Assembly: GCA_018985225.1 (NCBI GenBank)
Contig: JADGIF010000029.1
Location: 973-32,972, forward strand
DNA length: 32,000 bases
Reading direction: 5' to 3'
From: Amoeboradix gromovi X-113
Lineage: Eukaryota; Fungi; Sanchytriomycota
This document shows positions 19,000-31,248 of this stretch, piece by piece. The stretch's first letter is position 1; every line of letters starts with the position of its first letter. Made by a program: the position numbers and the translations under genes. The notes beneath the pieces are model-generated. The model was not told where the DNA came from. It was given only the letters and a program-made list of their open reading frames with translations, and made no database searches.

Positions 19000-19450
19000 G
19001 TAAATGACTTTTGTAGTTGGACATTTAACTTTTTTAAATAGATTTAACAATTATTTATACTATATCAGAGTTTTAAAGCAAATTGAAACTATTGTTTGGT
19101 AAAAACTAGGTTGTGGAAAGTTTTCATTTGGGACACCAAATGTAAAAACTAGACTAAGCCGAAAATTTCCGTTTTGAGATATTTCAATTTGAAATTTGTA
19201 TTGTAATTCAAATATAAAAACCAGACTAAATAATTTTCAACCAATTAAGTAATTTTTCAGAAATTTCTACAAATAGCTAACGTTATAATTCTTTGATCCA
19301 ATTAAGATAAACAAAATTATTACTATTATTAAATAATATCTTAATTAAACAATGGGTATGTAAATTGATTTAAGAGTCTTTCATGGTGTTACTTTGATTG
19401 GGTAAGAGTTAATTTTTTAAAGGGTTTAAAACATTGGAAATGAAAAATCA

Positions 19451-21205
19451 ATGAAAGTTGAAAATTCTTCTGAGAATACTTTTGAAGATATGATGAAGCA
19501 GATTACAAGTTCATCTGCATGGAAATATTTAAAGGGGGTCGAGTTTAAAGATATCCAGTTCAGGGATCTTTCCTATAAATTCCCTTTGATGAATTGGGAG
19601 AATAAACTAAAAGAAAAAGAATGGAATGAATTAAAGCCGTTGTTGGAGATGAAATATGCTTGGCTATCATTGGTTGACAACAAGAAAATCATCAAAAACA
19701 ACTTTCGTTCTGAGATTACCGAATTCCCTGTCAATATAACCAAGCAAATAGTTGCAGTATTTACAAATATCATGCATATTCACAAAGTGGATCCGATCAA
19801 CAAGTGCGTATATCTAACAGAATTACGATATTGCAAAGATCAAGGTTTTATTTTGAAAAAGAATAAAATTGAATGTATCAATTCACTTGAATGTGATTGT
19901 AGTGAATTTAGCACCACAAGACGTGCTATTAATGGTGTTAAAAGATTCAAGAATAATAGCTTTTGTAGGCATGTGTTTTTTATAAGCCATTTTTGTTTGG
20001 GTAAACCACAACATGAGTTTACTATGGACACATGTTTTGATTTACAGGTCCCATATGCAAATAATTTATTTCAAGTAGAAGGTCATAGTGTTATGCAAAG
20101 AAAAGATGTAATTGATACACCTGATAAATTTGAGATTTGTGGTAGTTGTTTTAATAGTGTCATAAAAGATCACGAGTATTCAGGTGATATATGCTTTAGA
20201 TGTAATTCCCATCCTATTCGTATTCTAAATCATTATATTTCTAAATTAGAATTCAACAAATTTCCTCGTGATCTAGTAGAGTCTTGTCAATTTAATGATA
20301 ATAAATGGAAGAAATGGTTAAAAATGCATGATGATATTGAGCAGTATTTATATGGTGGTAATTTGGTCTTGTCTTTCCTGGATGAGATGTTATCCAGTGA
20401 CTCAACATGGTCCGATGTATTTAATTTATTCAAGGGTTATTCAAAGTTATATGAATGTTGTGTACTATTTCATGGTACAACAGATAATTTAAAAAAGGAT
20501 GTATTGTTGGCTTATAAATCTATCCGATGTGCATTTACTTCAACTGATGTTATATCCAACTTAAAAGTGTTTGACGATAGTTTAGCTTTGCAGTTTAAAA
20601 ATAATTGTCTGCTATCTTTTACTCAATCAAATGTGTCTGGGGATGATAATAAGATATTTATTTCATGGAATAAGAATCAACAAGAATTACAACTTGATAC
20701 ATTAACAAATGAAAATGAAATATTAATGCATCATGGCACAAGTAGAGGTTATTGTTTAACTTGGATTGAAGCTTGTACATGGGATTTAAAATCCTTATTC
20801 TGAAGGCCAAGATTTTAATACTACGAATCAATCAGCATTTTACTTGCAAACAGATTTTGATTCTGCCAAGATGAGGGCTGACGCTGCTGTAAAGTTTAAA
20901 GGGAAAATGACATGTGTAATGGTATATGCAGCTAAAGTATCATATAATATGTCTAAGAATTACACAAAGTTGAAAGGAAAGGATTGGAAAGATGCGGTCA
21001 TAGGCTTTCGAAACGACAAGAACCCAAAGAATTAGGATATAAGCATTGTATTGAAGGACCTATGGTTACCAATTCAAAAGGTGTTGGCAAAGGGGAGATT
21101 CCAAATGGAGGAGGTAGGGGTGATAATGTTCAAATATGTATTAAAAACCAGAACTTTTTCAAGGATAATTTTCGCTTTCTAGGGCTTGCATTATATGGGG
21201 CTTAA
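19451..21205 (+). pseudogene. SWIM zinc-finger plus putative ADP-ribosyltransferase-like (DUF3990-type) cargo gene, frameshifted
   Basis: SWIM CDC..CRH and CxxC..CxxC. Across three ORFs: HHGTS...GQDF...AFYL...A...WKDAVIGFR...IEGPMVTN...VQICIK. Two frameshifts (~20760 and ~21025) and one stop codon. Confidence 0.62.
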
Positions 21206-21241
21206 ATTATATGAATAAATCTATTTACTTGCTATATTCAC

Positions 21242-22320
21242 TCATTCACCATAAATAGCATGAAATTCCTCAGGGATATATCTGAGTGCACGACCAATGT
21301 CTCGTTTCTTCCTCTCAGACAATGCCGTTGGAATTAATGATTCAGGTGTAAATAAATAGTCATTTTGACTCAAGTCCTCTTCAATAATAGTATCAAATTC
21401 CACAAACATCGGATCGTTGACTTGTTTCTTACAAAAAACAACACCTGGGTGTTCAGCCTTGAATAAAAAGACGTGATATTTTGCAATGCTTGAAACATCA
21501 TTGAATACAAGATCTAATTTAGATCGATAATCTTTGAATATATGACTTGGAAATATCTTGCATTCATTGGTGACTGAAGACGATTCTATAATTGATTTCA
21601 CTTGATCCAAATGAAATACATTTTCTCTTGCATATTTCTTTTTAATGTGACCAAATCCACTATCAGGACTAAATTTAGTATGTCCTTTTATCATAAATTT
21701 AAATTCAATCGTATTGCATTTTCCAAGTAAACACATCCATGACATCAATTTAATAATGGTGTTGTTTTTATTTTGACCAACACAATTATCTGCATGCAAT
21801 ATCAAGTTCACTCGTTGTTCTTTTGGGAGGCAATAGGCATAATCTAGTAGTAACGTGGCCACATTATTATTTGCCTTTCTGCCTTGGTCTTCTCTGTAAA
21901 TGTGATTCACTTGTTTGTGATGGGTTTCATTGCGTATTCCAAATAAATTAACGTTTAATAAAGAAAGAAAGTACAAGTCACTTGGTTGATCGTGTAATTG
22001 TGGTCAACTTAAATTTTGGCTGTAATCAAATGACAAGTGTGTAAATCCTTGTCTACTGTGATCGCGGTTGTAATCGAGTCTTGCTAATTTGGCTTGTCGT
22101 AAATGTAATTGAAAGGCCGTGGTCAATTCCAAAGTAGCACTTTCTGATAAATCTATTGTATTAAGTTGTTCGCGAAAGACAGTTCAAGTGTCGCAGACAT
22201 CCGTTTTTCCTGATTTTATTTTAATATTGCCACATAATTTAAAATACTTGCGAAATGTTTCTATATTGATATTCAATGTAGTGGTGTCACAGATGTACAT
22301 ACCATGTCGACAATTCATCA
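21242..22320 (-). pseudogene. Sola1-type transposase pseudogene (5'-truncated, two in-frame TGA stops)
   Basis: KTDVCDT*T, HLSFDYSQNLS*PQL, ADNCVGQNKNN and GHTKFSPDSGFG; paralogous to 16939-18999. Confidence 0.9.
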
Positions 22321-23708
22321 AACATTGATGTTAATGGTCTGTTGAATATATCTTGTGATATTAGAGGTGATAATAATGATGAAAAACGACAACATTTATA
22401 TGAATGGTTCAATAGAAATTTTCCACCAGCAATTATCAATGGATTAAGGGTCATGTTACTTGTAAATTTTAATTATGCTCGATTTGGGAGGTTGATCCTT
22501 GGATTTATTTCATCACATGCTAATGCTGGAAATCACCGATATATTAGTACAACATTTAGACTATACGGTTAGTCTAATATTCATACTTGAATAAATATTA
22601 TAAATAAAATCATTGGTTCATTTATTTAGTCTATTTTTCATATTCGAATCAAGATTTAAAAGTCATTTCATTGGTCAAATGTATTTAGTCTAGTTATTAC
22701 ATTTGATTAACACGATTATCTTTAAAGTGACGTAACTAAGTGAATAATGGCTACATTGACTCGAAATTATGATTTTTGAAAAGATCATGTTCTAGAGATT
22801 CTGAAAAGTCTATTGTTTAAATTTCTTATAATTTCGAGTCAGTCTAGTTTTTATATTTGGTGTCCCATATAGTCTTGGTAAACTTTCAAACTTTGTATAA
22901 TTGTGCAGTTTCAATTGCGGCATATTTTCAGACCCCTCGCAGCATGACTTTGCATAAAAAAGCAGAATTATCAGATAGAATTTAATTTGGTAATTCTTTA
23001 GAATAAGTACTAGTTTCAGCTTCTATAGTAAAGTCTTCAAACTGCTAAAAAGTCATCTAGTTTCAGTATTCCTGACGCAATTTAACACTGATAGTAAGCT
23101 TGAAACAAATCTTTTGATGTTTTTGAGAGTCGATGTCAGTGCAAGAAAATATTTACGAGGTACATAGGTCTTGGTAGATGATGTTCTGCATGTGTTTTTA
23201 CACTTAAGATGACAGCTCTCAATTGCACTTGAATAAACTAATTATTATGATTGCACGAAATAAAATGCTCCAACATGGTCTCTTTCCAGAGTTTCCCGCT
23301 AGGAAAAACGATACTCAATTTTTTATCGATTGCAAAAGGCTCCAAACCGATAACTCAATTATGTCATTTCTAAAGAAATCATTAATTCAGGCAAAACATA
23401 CTCTTCCACACTAAAAACTCGTACAAAGGTACAGCTTTCATGACGATTCAAAGAAATAATAAGATTAAGAGAGAAATGAGCCACGGGCTTTGTAATCATG
23501 ATAGTTTCGCTACTGTTGCTATCACGGCGATTATATCAAATAAGCGCGTTTCCATTAACACTATGGAGCTCGCATAAAATAATTTTTCCGGTCATGTTTG
23601 GTGCCATTTCGGCATACCTGGGTTTAATTCAACAGTATTATCTGGGCTCATTGAGTAAATTCATCTGGCACCTTGTGTGTCAGGCAAACGAAAAATTAAA
23701 TTTGAAAC

Positions 23709-24668
23709 ATGGCAAATCTTGCACCATGTCCCTACAAATTGGGAAAAGAATTGGGTGAAGGAAGTTATGCGATAGTTAAAGAAACGTGTCATATGCCAAC
23801 AGGAAAGAAGTATGCTGCTAAAATATTTAATAAGAAGTTAATAAAAAACAAGCAACATGTGGTATTAAATGAGATAAATATACTGAAAGAACTTTCAGAC
23901 TGCCCAGATTGCATTTTAAAGCTAGTAGATTATTTTGAGAGCTTGAATAACCTTTATGTAATTATGGAATTGGCTAGTGAGGATTTATTTGATAAAATGC
24001 TAAGAGGTGTAACTGAGACGGATACCATAATAACAATCAAGAGGGTCTTAAGTGCATTAGAATTTCTTCACTCACACAACATAACACATAGAGATTTGAA
24101 GCCAGAAAACATTTTGTTGCGACAATATGATAATGTGAATACTGCAATGGTGGGCGACTTTGGACTAGCAAAGTTGATTTCTGTGGATGGAAATATGCGA
24201 ACTTTATGTGGAACTCCTGGCTATATGTCACCAGAAGTATTGAATAAAGCGGAATACACAAATGCAGTCGATGTGTGGTCTGTAGGTTGCATAGCATTTT
24301 TTATGCTAACAGGTAGCCCACCGTTTGAAAAGCCAAGTACTCTGGAAGAACTAAAAGCTATACTAAATGTAGATGTAAATATTCCTCAGAATCTGACCGT
24401 AGAATCTCAAGACTTTATTAAAAACTGTTTAAAAAGAGACCCCAGACATCGATTCACAGTATTGCAATGTCAAGCTCATTATTGGATTAATGGTAAGTCT
24501 GCAAACATGCAGATAATAACAGGGCAGTCTAGAATGAGATGGAAGAAGGCAATCGATGCTGTTCAATTTATACGTTTTATTAACAAAAAGGCAGAAGGGA
24601 ACAAGATATTGTTAGATGTACCAGCTCCCGTTAAAGAGGAACTGATAGAAATGGTAGTAAACGAATAA
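23709..24668 (+). CDS. Ca2+/calmodulin-dependent protein kinase (Cmk1/2-like)
   Basis: LGEGSYA, YAAK, HRDLKPEN, DFG and TLCGTPGYMSPE, with a CaM-binding-like tail RWKKAIDAV. Confidence 0.92.
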   Translation: MANLAPCPYKLGKELGEGSYAIVKETCHMPTGKKYAAKIFNKKLIKNKQHVVLNEINILKELSDCPDCILKLVDYFESLNNLYVIMELASEDLFDKMLRGVTETDTIITIKRVLSALEFLHSHNITHRDLKPENILLRQYDNVNTAMVGDFGLAKLISVDGNMRTLCGTPGYMSPEVLNKAEYTNAVDVWSVGCIAFFMLTGSPPFEKPSTLEELKAILNVDVNIPQNLTVESQDFIKNCLKRDPRHRFTVLQCQAHYWINGKSANMQIITGQSRMRWKKAIDAVQFIRFINKKAEGNKILLDVPAPVKEELIEMVVNE

Positions 24669-25163
24669 ATAGTTTATGTTTTGAAGTGGTATTTGACCGT
24701 GAACAAATAGTCATCGGTTCTGCTTGAATGAAAAATGAAGCACTTTTCTAGAAGTAATATCAGACGCCTCTAATTGCAAAGGAGAGATTATTGTATCGTT
24801 AAAAAGGCGCTCAATATTTGCCTAGTATTTCCGCATCTCTCTCAATAGAGATCATTTTGTCTGCGAGAGTCCCGTTCAGTTAATAAAAAGAAGATATTAA
24901 ACATCAAGTCAAAAAATTATCTCATAACTTCTCAGGTGCCAGAATTAAGGACATCGAGAACGTTAATCCGAATGTTGATAGTGGCTATGCTGCGACAAGG
25001 GGGATACGCGTTAAGCCTTTCCGCTAAAGGTAATATTTTCTTCAGAATTTCGAGATTTCAATTAGGCAGCAACCTTGAATTCATCGATGCAATACCGTAA
25101 ATAGCTGGAACATTCCGATCTGCGCAAAACTCCTTCAGAAGGCTTAAAAAGTGGCTCAAGATA

Positions 25164-26246
25164 ATGTTTCTCACTTTGATGTCTGTATACTCCGTGATAA
25201 GTGATTGTGCAGACGTAATAAACTTAGCTAGAGGCTTGAACTTTCAAATGCACGATCCGGATTATTTTGCCGCTATTCAAAATAATTGTTGTGAACTAGT
25301 TTACTGTACGGAGACTCATGTGAACATAATAGAATGGGATTTATCAGGTATGTTTACTCGTATAAATGGAACCGTAAACGCCTCAGCGATTCCTTATTAC
25401 GTCGAAAGATTAAGTTTAGCTGGTAATGAAATTCATGGTGGTATTCCGCAAATTTCTTCTCCTTTCATGCAAATGCTGGAATTGTCAAACAACAACTTCA
25501 ATGGGACTCTTCCAAGTCTGCCACCAAACATTCAAATTTATGCTGTTTCTCAAAACAATCTACATGGCGATGTTCCTTATTTGCCACCTAGCTTAGCCGA
25601 TTTCTATCTGGGATTTTTCCCATATGAGGGATGGCAGTATCATACCCAGAACCGCTTTACTGGCGTCGTTAGGCTAAACGCACCAATTGCGCTTAACTTG
25701 ATCGGCAATTGGATTACTGATGTTATTATCGATGATCCCAGCAGATTGGAGAAGGGCCTGTGTGATTTATCAAATAACCCGCTTTTGAACAATCCAAACG
25801 TTGCAAAGCTAACAAATTGCATAATGAAAGATTTGTATGATAGCAGACTGCTTTCTAACACAGTGATTGCTTTGAGCACCACAAACGAACTCAAAGCTGG
25901 AACAACTGACCCTTTAGTACAAACCAAAATCACCACTGACAATCCAGTAGCGACATTCAGGAAGAGATTGAGTAACTCAGCAACGAGAGATCTTCAAATG
26001 TCTACCACAACTGCCGCAACGAACTCTGTCAAAACCGAGAAAGTCTCAATGCCAACTGCCTTCAGAGATGTCAGATCCACAATTCGTCTGGACTTTACCA
26101 GCTACTCAGTGACTCAGTATATATTTGCGGTGCTCAAGATTGTGGTTGATATAGCATTGTCATATTACACGCTCTTGACTGCTCCATTTAAGAGAGAATG
26201 GGAGAACAGAAACACTTCAAAGGTGTCCACCAAGTCATTTCTTTGA
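25164..26246 (+). CDS. Secreted or membrane-anchored LRR protein with Ser/Thr stalk
   Basis: Signal peptide, Cys cap, LxLxxNxxxGxxP repeats, CDLSNNPLL, Thr-rich region and a C-terminal TM segment. Confidence 0.85.
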   Translation: MFLTLMSVYSVISDCADVINLARGLNFQMHDPDYFAAIQNNCCELVYCTETHVNIIEWDLSGMFTRINGTVNASAIPYYVERLSLAGNEIHGGIPQISSPFMQMLELSNNNFNGTLPSLPPNIQIYAVSQNNLHGDVPYLPPSLADFYLGFFPYEGWQYHTQNRFTGVVRLNAPIALNLIGNWITDVIIDDPSRLEKGLCDLSNNPLLNNPNVAKLTNCIMKDLYDSRLLSNTVIALSTTNELKAGTTDPLVQTKITTDNPVATFRKRLSNSATRDLQMSTTTAATNSVKTEKVSMPTAFRDVRSTIRLDFTSYSVTQYIFAVLKIVVDIALSYYTLLTAPFKREWENRNTSKVSTKSFL

Positions 26247-26488
26247 TTTGTTATACTGAAAAACAATAAATACCATTTCAAACAGCTAAAGAGTTAGTTA
26301 AATACATATTAAAAGCATAATAATACTTGTTGAGTTAGTTCTTTATGGTTCTGTATACCATCTCTTTGCAAAGGGGACAGCCACCAGCTATCTTTCTCTT
26401 TCAAATGTTTAAGGTCTCTGCATGCCTAAGCAAAAGGCACAACCAATAAGATTAATTTATTTTAATTTACTATCGGTTAATACACACT

Positions 26489-26545
26489 TGAAATAATGCT
26501 TCAAACTGTTTCAGAAAGTTAGTCCAGTTTTTATATTTGATGTCC
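26489..26545. mobile_element. Solo right end of the Sola1-type TIR family
   Basis: About 57-bp match to 5126-5182, including agttagtccagtttttatatttgatgtcc. Confidence 0.8.
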
Positions 26546-26871
26546 AATTTGTATAGCACCAGAATGTAAAATTTGAAAACGAGGATAGTAAAATTCTTCA
26601 CACAGACAATGCAACAAACTGACCAAATATCTTAACTTAAGTTGGCTAATTTGCAGAAATCTCAAGTAATCATATTTTATTTCATAAAAACCATTTTTCG
26701 TAATTGAATTGGTAATCTTTAGACTCTGAAGATTATTTCTAAAATCTCTGAAGTACTAAACAAGTTGTATACAATCATATAATCACAATCCACTTCATTG
26801 TGCAGTAAGAGGTCCGAAATTTATTAGCAAACAAAACCATCAAAAATTCTTTAAATCACCTTATTTATTCT

Positions 26872-28147
26872 CTATTTGCTCATATACAAACTCGGATCAA
26901 TATTATCAGGTTTTTCTGTAATATTCACTTCAAACTTTTCTTGTACTTCGTTCAACACATCTGTATCTCCAGCACTGCTCACAAATGTAATACCCAATCC
27001 TTTTGTACCAAATCTACCAGCTCTTCCGACTCTATGCAAATACTGATGAGGCTCTTAATTAATTTGAATTACCGTCAGGCATATCGTAGTTGATGACAAC
27101 ATTAACACGCTCTACATCTATACCTCTTCCAAAAAGATCGGTAGCAACCATCACTCTTTTCTCGTAGCTTTTGAAGTCGTTGTATCTTCTAATTCTTTCA
27201 TTTTGGTTTAAGTCACCGTGAATACTAATGCTAGGAAATCCTTTGTCACTTAATATCTTACTTAGTCGCTCTGTAAATCTACCACTTTTCACAAATATGA
27301 CAATCTGATTGAACTGTAAGTTGTCGAGCAACTGAATGACAGATTTGATTTTATCTTTTTCTTCTAATTTCATGTAGTACTGACTCAAACCATGCAGAGT
27401 TAATTTAGCCTGATCGTCTACGAATATCTCTAAAGGGTTTGTCATGAAGAGTCTACAGGTCTTTTTCATCGCATCGTCCATTGTAGCTGAGAACATCATA
27501 ACTTGCTTGTTCTTTGGACAGTGCTTGAAGATGTCTTGTACATCCTGGCGCATGCGAGGCTCACCTAACATTTTGTCGCATTCATCGAGCACAAAAAATT
27601 TGGTTTTATCTAAAATGACATGCTTTTCATTAACCAACTGCTTCATTCTGCCCGGAGTAGCTACAATAATGGATGGCTTATTCATCTTCAGAGCATCCAA
27701 GTTGTCTCTTAAACTAATTCCACCAAAAACAACTTCAGTCTTAACGTCCGGTAAATATTTCGAGAAACGATCGAACTCCTTCTTGATTTGGTAAGCCAGC
27801 TCTCTAGTATGACACAGGATCACGCATGATGGATAATGCGGTAATCCCAATTGTTCTTGCTTTGGTTCGCTGTCTAGTTGATGTAAAGTACTTAATACAA
27901 ACACTGCAGTCTTTCCCATCCCAGATTTAGCCTGGCAGAGTACATCACATCCCAACAATGACTGAGGAATGCATTCTTGCTGAACCATTGAAGGGTGTTC
28001 AAATCCATTGTCTTGGATAGCACGTAATAATTCAGGTTTAAGCATAAAGTCCTTAAAACCTGTTGAGTGAGCACCCACGTAACTACCTTTTTGTTCGCTC
28101 TTTTTGGTTACCTTTTTGGTTGTTTGCAATTCTTCAAATTGTGGCAT
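26872..28147 (-). CDS. SUB2: DECD-box RNA helicase UAP56/Sub2; exons 28147-27073 and 27053-26872
   Basis: [16 protein letters not shown] and SAT. Removing the 19-nt intron at 27054-27072 gives [22 protein letters not shown], ending IDPSLYMSK*. Confidence 0.96.
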
Positions 28148-28491
28148 CTTGCAAATAGTCTCCAAGTCTCGAAAAATAAACAGAGTTTGCAAATGTTCCT
28201 AAAATACAAACACAACATAAGTCCTCTGGTCTATTTTCAACCGTTTAAATGTGAATCAAAGGCGTCTTTAAAGAGCTATTTGAATTAATTAAAGATAGTA
28301 TCTAATCAACAAAGTGTACAAACTATTTTAGAAACTATCAAGAAATCTAGCGTCAAGCAACAATCTCATCAATTTTATTAGAATTTTGTGGAATTCTAGA
28401 CGGAAATGTGATTTTCAAATGAAAAATTTATTTTGAATATCTACGTTAAATGTGAAGTTCTTCGGTTAGGCAGTGCCCACAATTCATACAT

Positions 28492-29151
28492 AATATTCCA
28501 AGTACGTTACCACCTGGATTAATAACTTTATATTTAGAGCATCCTGGTTATCCGGGCAATCACTTTACAGGCACGTTAAAATTAAATAAGCCAGCCTATT
28601 TATACATTAATGACAATTACATTACTGATATCATTATTAGCGATACAAGTAGTTTATTGGAATGTGATTTATCCAATAATCTATTGTTGGGGAATCCGAA
28701 TGTTATAAGTCTTACGATGTGTACAAAAAATAATCTTTACTTTGCTAATCTTCTATCAATTACAGTAACTCAAACAACTTCAATTAGTTTTGCAAATAGT
28801 GCAACCTTTTTCAGTAGCATTATCAGTAGCATTATCAGTAGCATGACATCAGATATCATCAGTGTTCAAGAGAGTAGCTCAACTAAAAGCGCCGATACCA
28901 CCGTTTATCAAATATCCATAAATGCAAAACCTTTCACAACCTTAGAACGTAGTCAAACCAGTGCGAGTACTATGAATATGACCACCAGTGAAAAAACTGA
29001 AATTGTAGTGACAGCATCACAAACAGCAATATCATCCACAACAACTGCTACATCAAATACTACAACTATTACAACCATCCCTACAACCTCAAAAACCTTT
29101 TCTGCCACCAGTGTCCCAATTTATATGGCTTCTTATTCTCAAGCACACTGA
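28492..29151 (+). pseudogene. 5'-truncated paralog of the LRR surface-protein family
   Basis: NIPSTLPPGLITLYL..GNHFTGTLKLNKP...ITDIII...CDLSNNLLLGNPNV aligns with 25164-26246. There is no in-frame ATG or signal peptide upstream (stop at 28453). Confidence 0.72.
28811..28844 (+). repeat. 12-bp tandem repeat, about 3 copies (tcagtagcatta)
   Basis: Directly visible; encodes SSII repeats in the stalk. Confidence 0.85.
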
Positions 29152-31145
29152 GACATACTCTTATCTCTTCTGAATCAAGTGTCTGAATATCGACTGCTTT
29201 TATCAAGTCTTCAAACAAATAGCACCAAAATTTTGTAGTACGATACCAATGAGCCACCTTACTAGAAAGCCTTATGAATGCCATCAGCTCTATTGAGCTA
29301 ATACCTTTTGCCTAGCTGAAGCACTTGAATACCGAAGACGCATTATTCCATAAGTAATCATCTAAACGTTTATAAGAAGAGTTGCGTTCAACGTCAAGAA
29401 GCATCTCTAGGAATATAGCAACGCATCGGAAGGCTTATCTGAAATACTCTGCGTTACCTTTTTGCAACACAATAGCTTGTTCTGTTCAGATACGATAGGC
29501 ACGAGAGCATCTTGTACAGGAGAAGATAATTCGTCTCCAATTACACAAAATTATATAGGTACCAATTTATGATTTACATAACACAGTACAGTGCTCTTGA
29601 TTGTATTTTCTTTTTTTCTTCTTCCAAACTATCTACAAATTCCCAAATATCTGCCCAGCTTGATGACTTGGTTTCTTCCGGAACACTCTTCAATCTTGCA
29701 TATGTTGCGGAATCCTTGATCCAGCGGGCAACTTTAAATTTGGAGGATTTGATTTGAAATTTGCTTGGCAATTTCCGCAAATTGTAATCCTTGTACAAGG
29801 CATCTGCACCACTGTAATATTCGTATTGCTGTTTAGCAAATGGAACAATCAGGTTCTCAATAGTAGGTAGGTTATATTCCAACACCACCAGTTTCTTGTC
29901 ATCCATGTTATTTGCAATGAAATGGAGAGCAGCAGTAGTCATACTACCATGAGTACATATACAGTAAAAATAAGAATTGCTATCTCTACCCATCGGAGCA
30001 CTATTTATACTAACATTATTAGGAATATCACTGAAATATTTATGCTATAGGAATTAGAAAAGCATTTAATTTTAAATGCATCAGGTAATTTCGTGCAATT
30101 ACTAGCAACTGTTTCGGAATCAAAATAACCACAAAATGCTTCAACTCTCAAATTATGTGGATAGGAGCCCTTCTCATATTGTGCCATTAAAAACTGAGAC
30201 GCATTCTCCAGGAAAGCTGTAGATGAAGGAGATTCAGAGGTGAAAAACACTGTAGAATCATTTGTTTCAATAACTGCGTAAACGCCAGAATTAGTTTTGA
30301 ACACTGTGTTGATAACAGACTCGACTGCTTTTTCCCATTTTGACTCTGTTGACGCATTGTCTGACTTGCAGCATTTCTGGGCATATTCAGCTACATTTCT
30401 ACAATTTTCATCATTTCTGCAAGAGTTGTATTCACCTTGTAACAATACTGCTTCTAATTCAAACCCACCCTGTTTCTCGACAATGCTAGCTTGGGTAGAA
30501 TCCACCTCTTCTGCAAAAAGTTCAGCTACCTTTCTACAATTTTCATCAGTGTTACAAGGCTTGTCATTACCCAAACCACCCTGTTTCTCAATAAAGCTAG
30601 CTCGAGTGGAATCAGATTCGTCTGGAAAAAACCTACCATGGCGTGCATTTCAGATAATGCTATTGAGGGTCTCCTCATTCTCAATATAATTATCATATAT
30701 AGCATTGCAGTGCTCTGCTGCCAGTGAAAAATGACCGTTATGCCCGTTCTTGTAGTTGTCAATTGGCCATATTACATCATCGTCTTCCTGTATATATTCT
30801 CTTAACTGTAGTTTAATGTGTTTTGGATGTGGTAATTATTACTTATTGCCTTGGTTCTTTCTAGCCCTTCATATTATCATCTTTTTCAATGGCTCTTTCT
30901 GCATGGTTTCTTAAGGATGATAATGTGTAATCTAGTGTGGTTTCTAGGTGTTCCTCCTGCTCTTTGTGAAGCAGAAAAAAGAAACGGAAGACTGCACGTA
31001 AAGAGTATGTAGAGGTACTGCGACAAACAGCACTGTTGTATTTGATGTCATTTATTGTGAAAAGTCGTTTAGGATATCTATGCGAGCACTTAATCAGGGA
31101 TCGTGGGTCACTAACTGGATAGTACCGCTTGACTCCCACAGACAT
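29150..31145 (-). pseudogene. Decayed large gene of unknown family with an internal duplication
   Basis: Chain of same-strand ORF fragments (30861-31145, ~30815-30005, 29574-29993, 29081-29284) broken by stops and frameshifts. The peptide DSTxASxxEKQGG...CxxDENCRxVAE is duplicated. Confidence 0.5.
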
Positions 31146-31248
31146 TTAGGTGAATCAGACATTGGGTTTTATTAATCATTTACCGATTAACCAACCAATG
31201 TAATACAGCATTTTTAATTTCAAAAGTATAATTTTATTTTAAAACACG

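Larger units (their letters stand above)
19130..22866. mobile_element. 3.7-kb Sola1-type TIR transposon with cargo gene
   Basis: TIRs at 19130-19157 and 22839-22866, ATTT/ATAT flanks, subterminal TIR-core repeats, and an internal decayed transposase. Confidence 0.88.

Noticed and set aside
19010-19026. Possible degenerate inverted copy of the 16329 motif after the transposase stop
   Set aside because: Only about 16 matching bases with a gap in AT-rich DNA; too weak to call a TIR.
20748-20771. Tiny GT-AG intron to rescue the cargo gene frameshift
   Set aside because: It is 24 nt (in frame), so removing it does not restore the downstream ART-like frame.
20787-22180. In-frame TAA/TGA in the cargo gene and transposase as signs of an alternative genetic code
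   Set aside because: Conserved genes here end normally at TAA, TAG or TGA and lack internal stops, and the cargo gene is also frameshifted. Decay is the simpler explanation.
22119-22572. Plus-strand ORFs 22119-22328 and 22342-22572
   Set aside because: The first is antisense to the transposase pseudogene. The second is short, non-ATG and unsupported.
23498-23758. 86-aa ORF and ggtgcca/tggcacc stem upstream of the kinase
   Set aside because: The ORF overlaps the kinase start out of frame, and no snRNA or riboswitch motif is recognisable.
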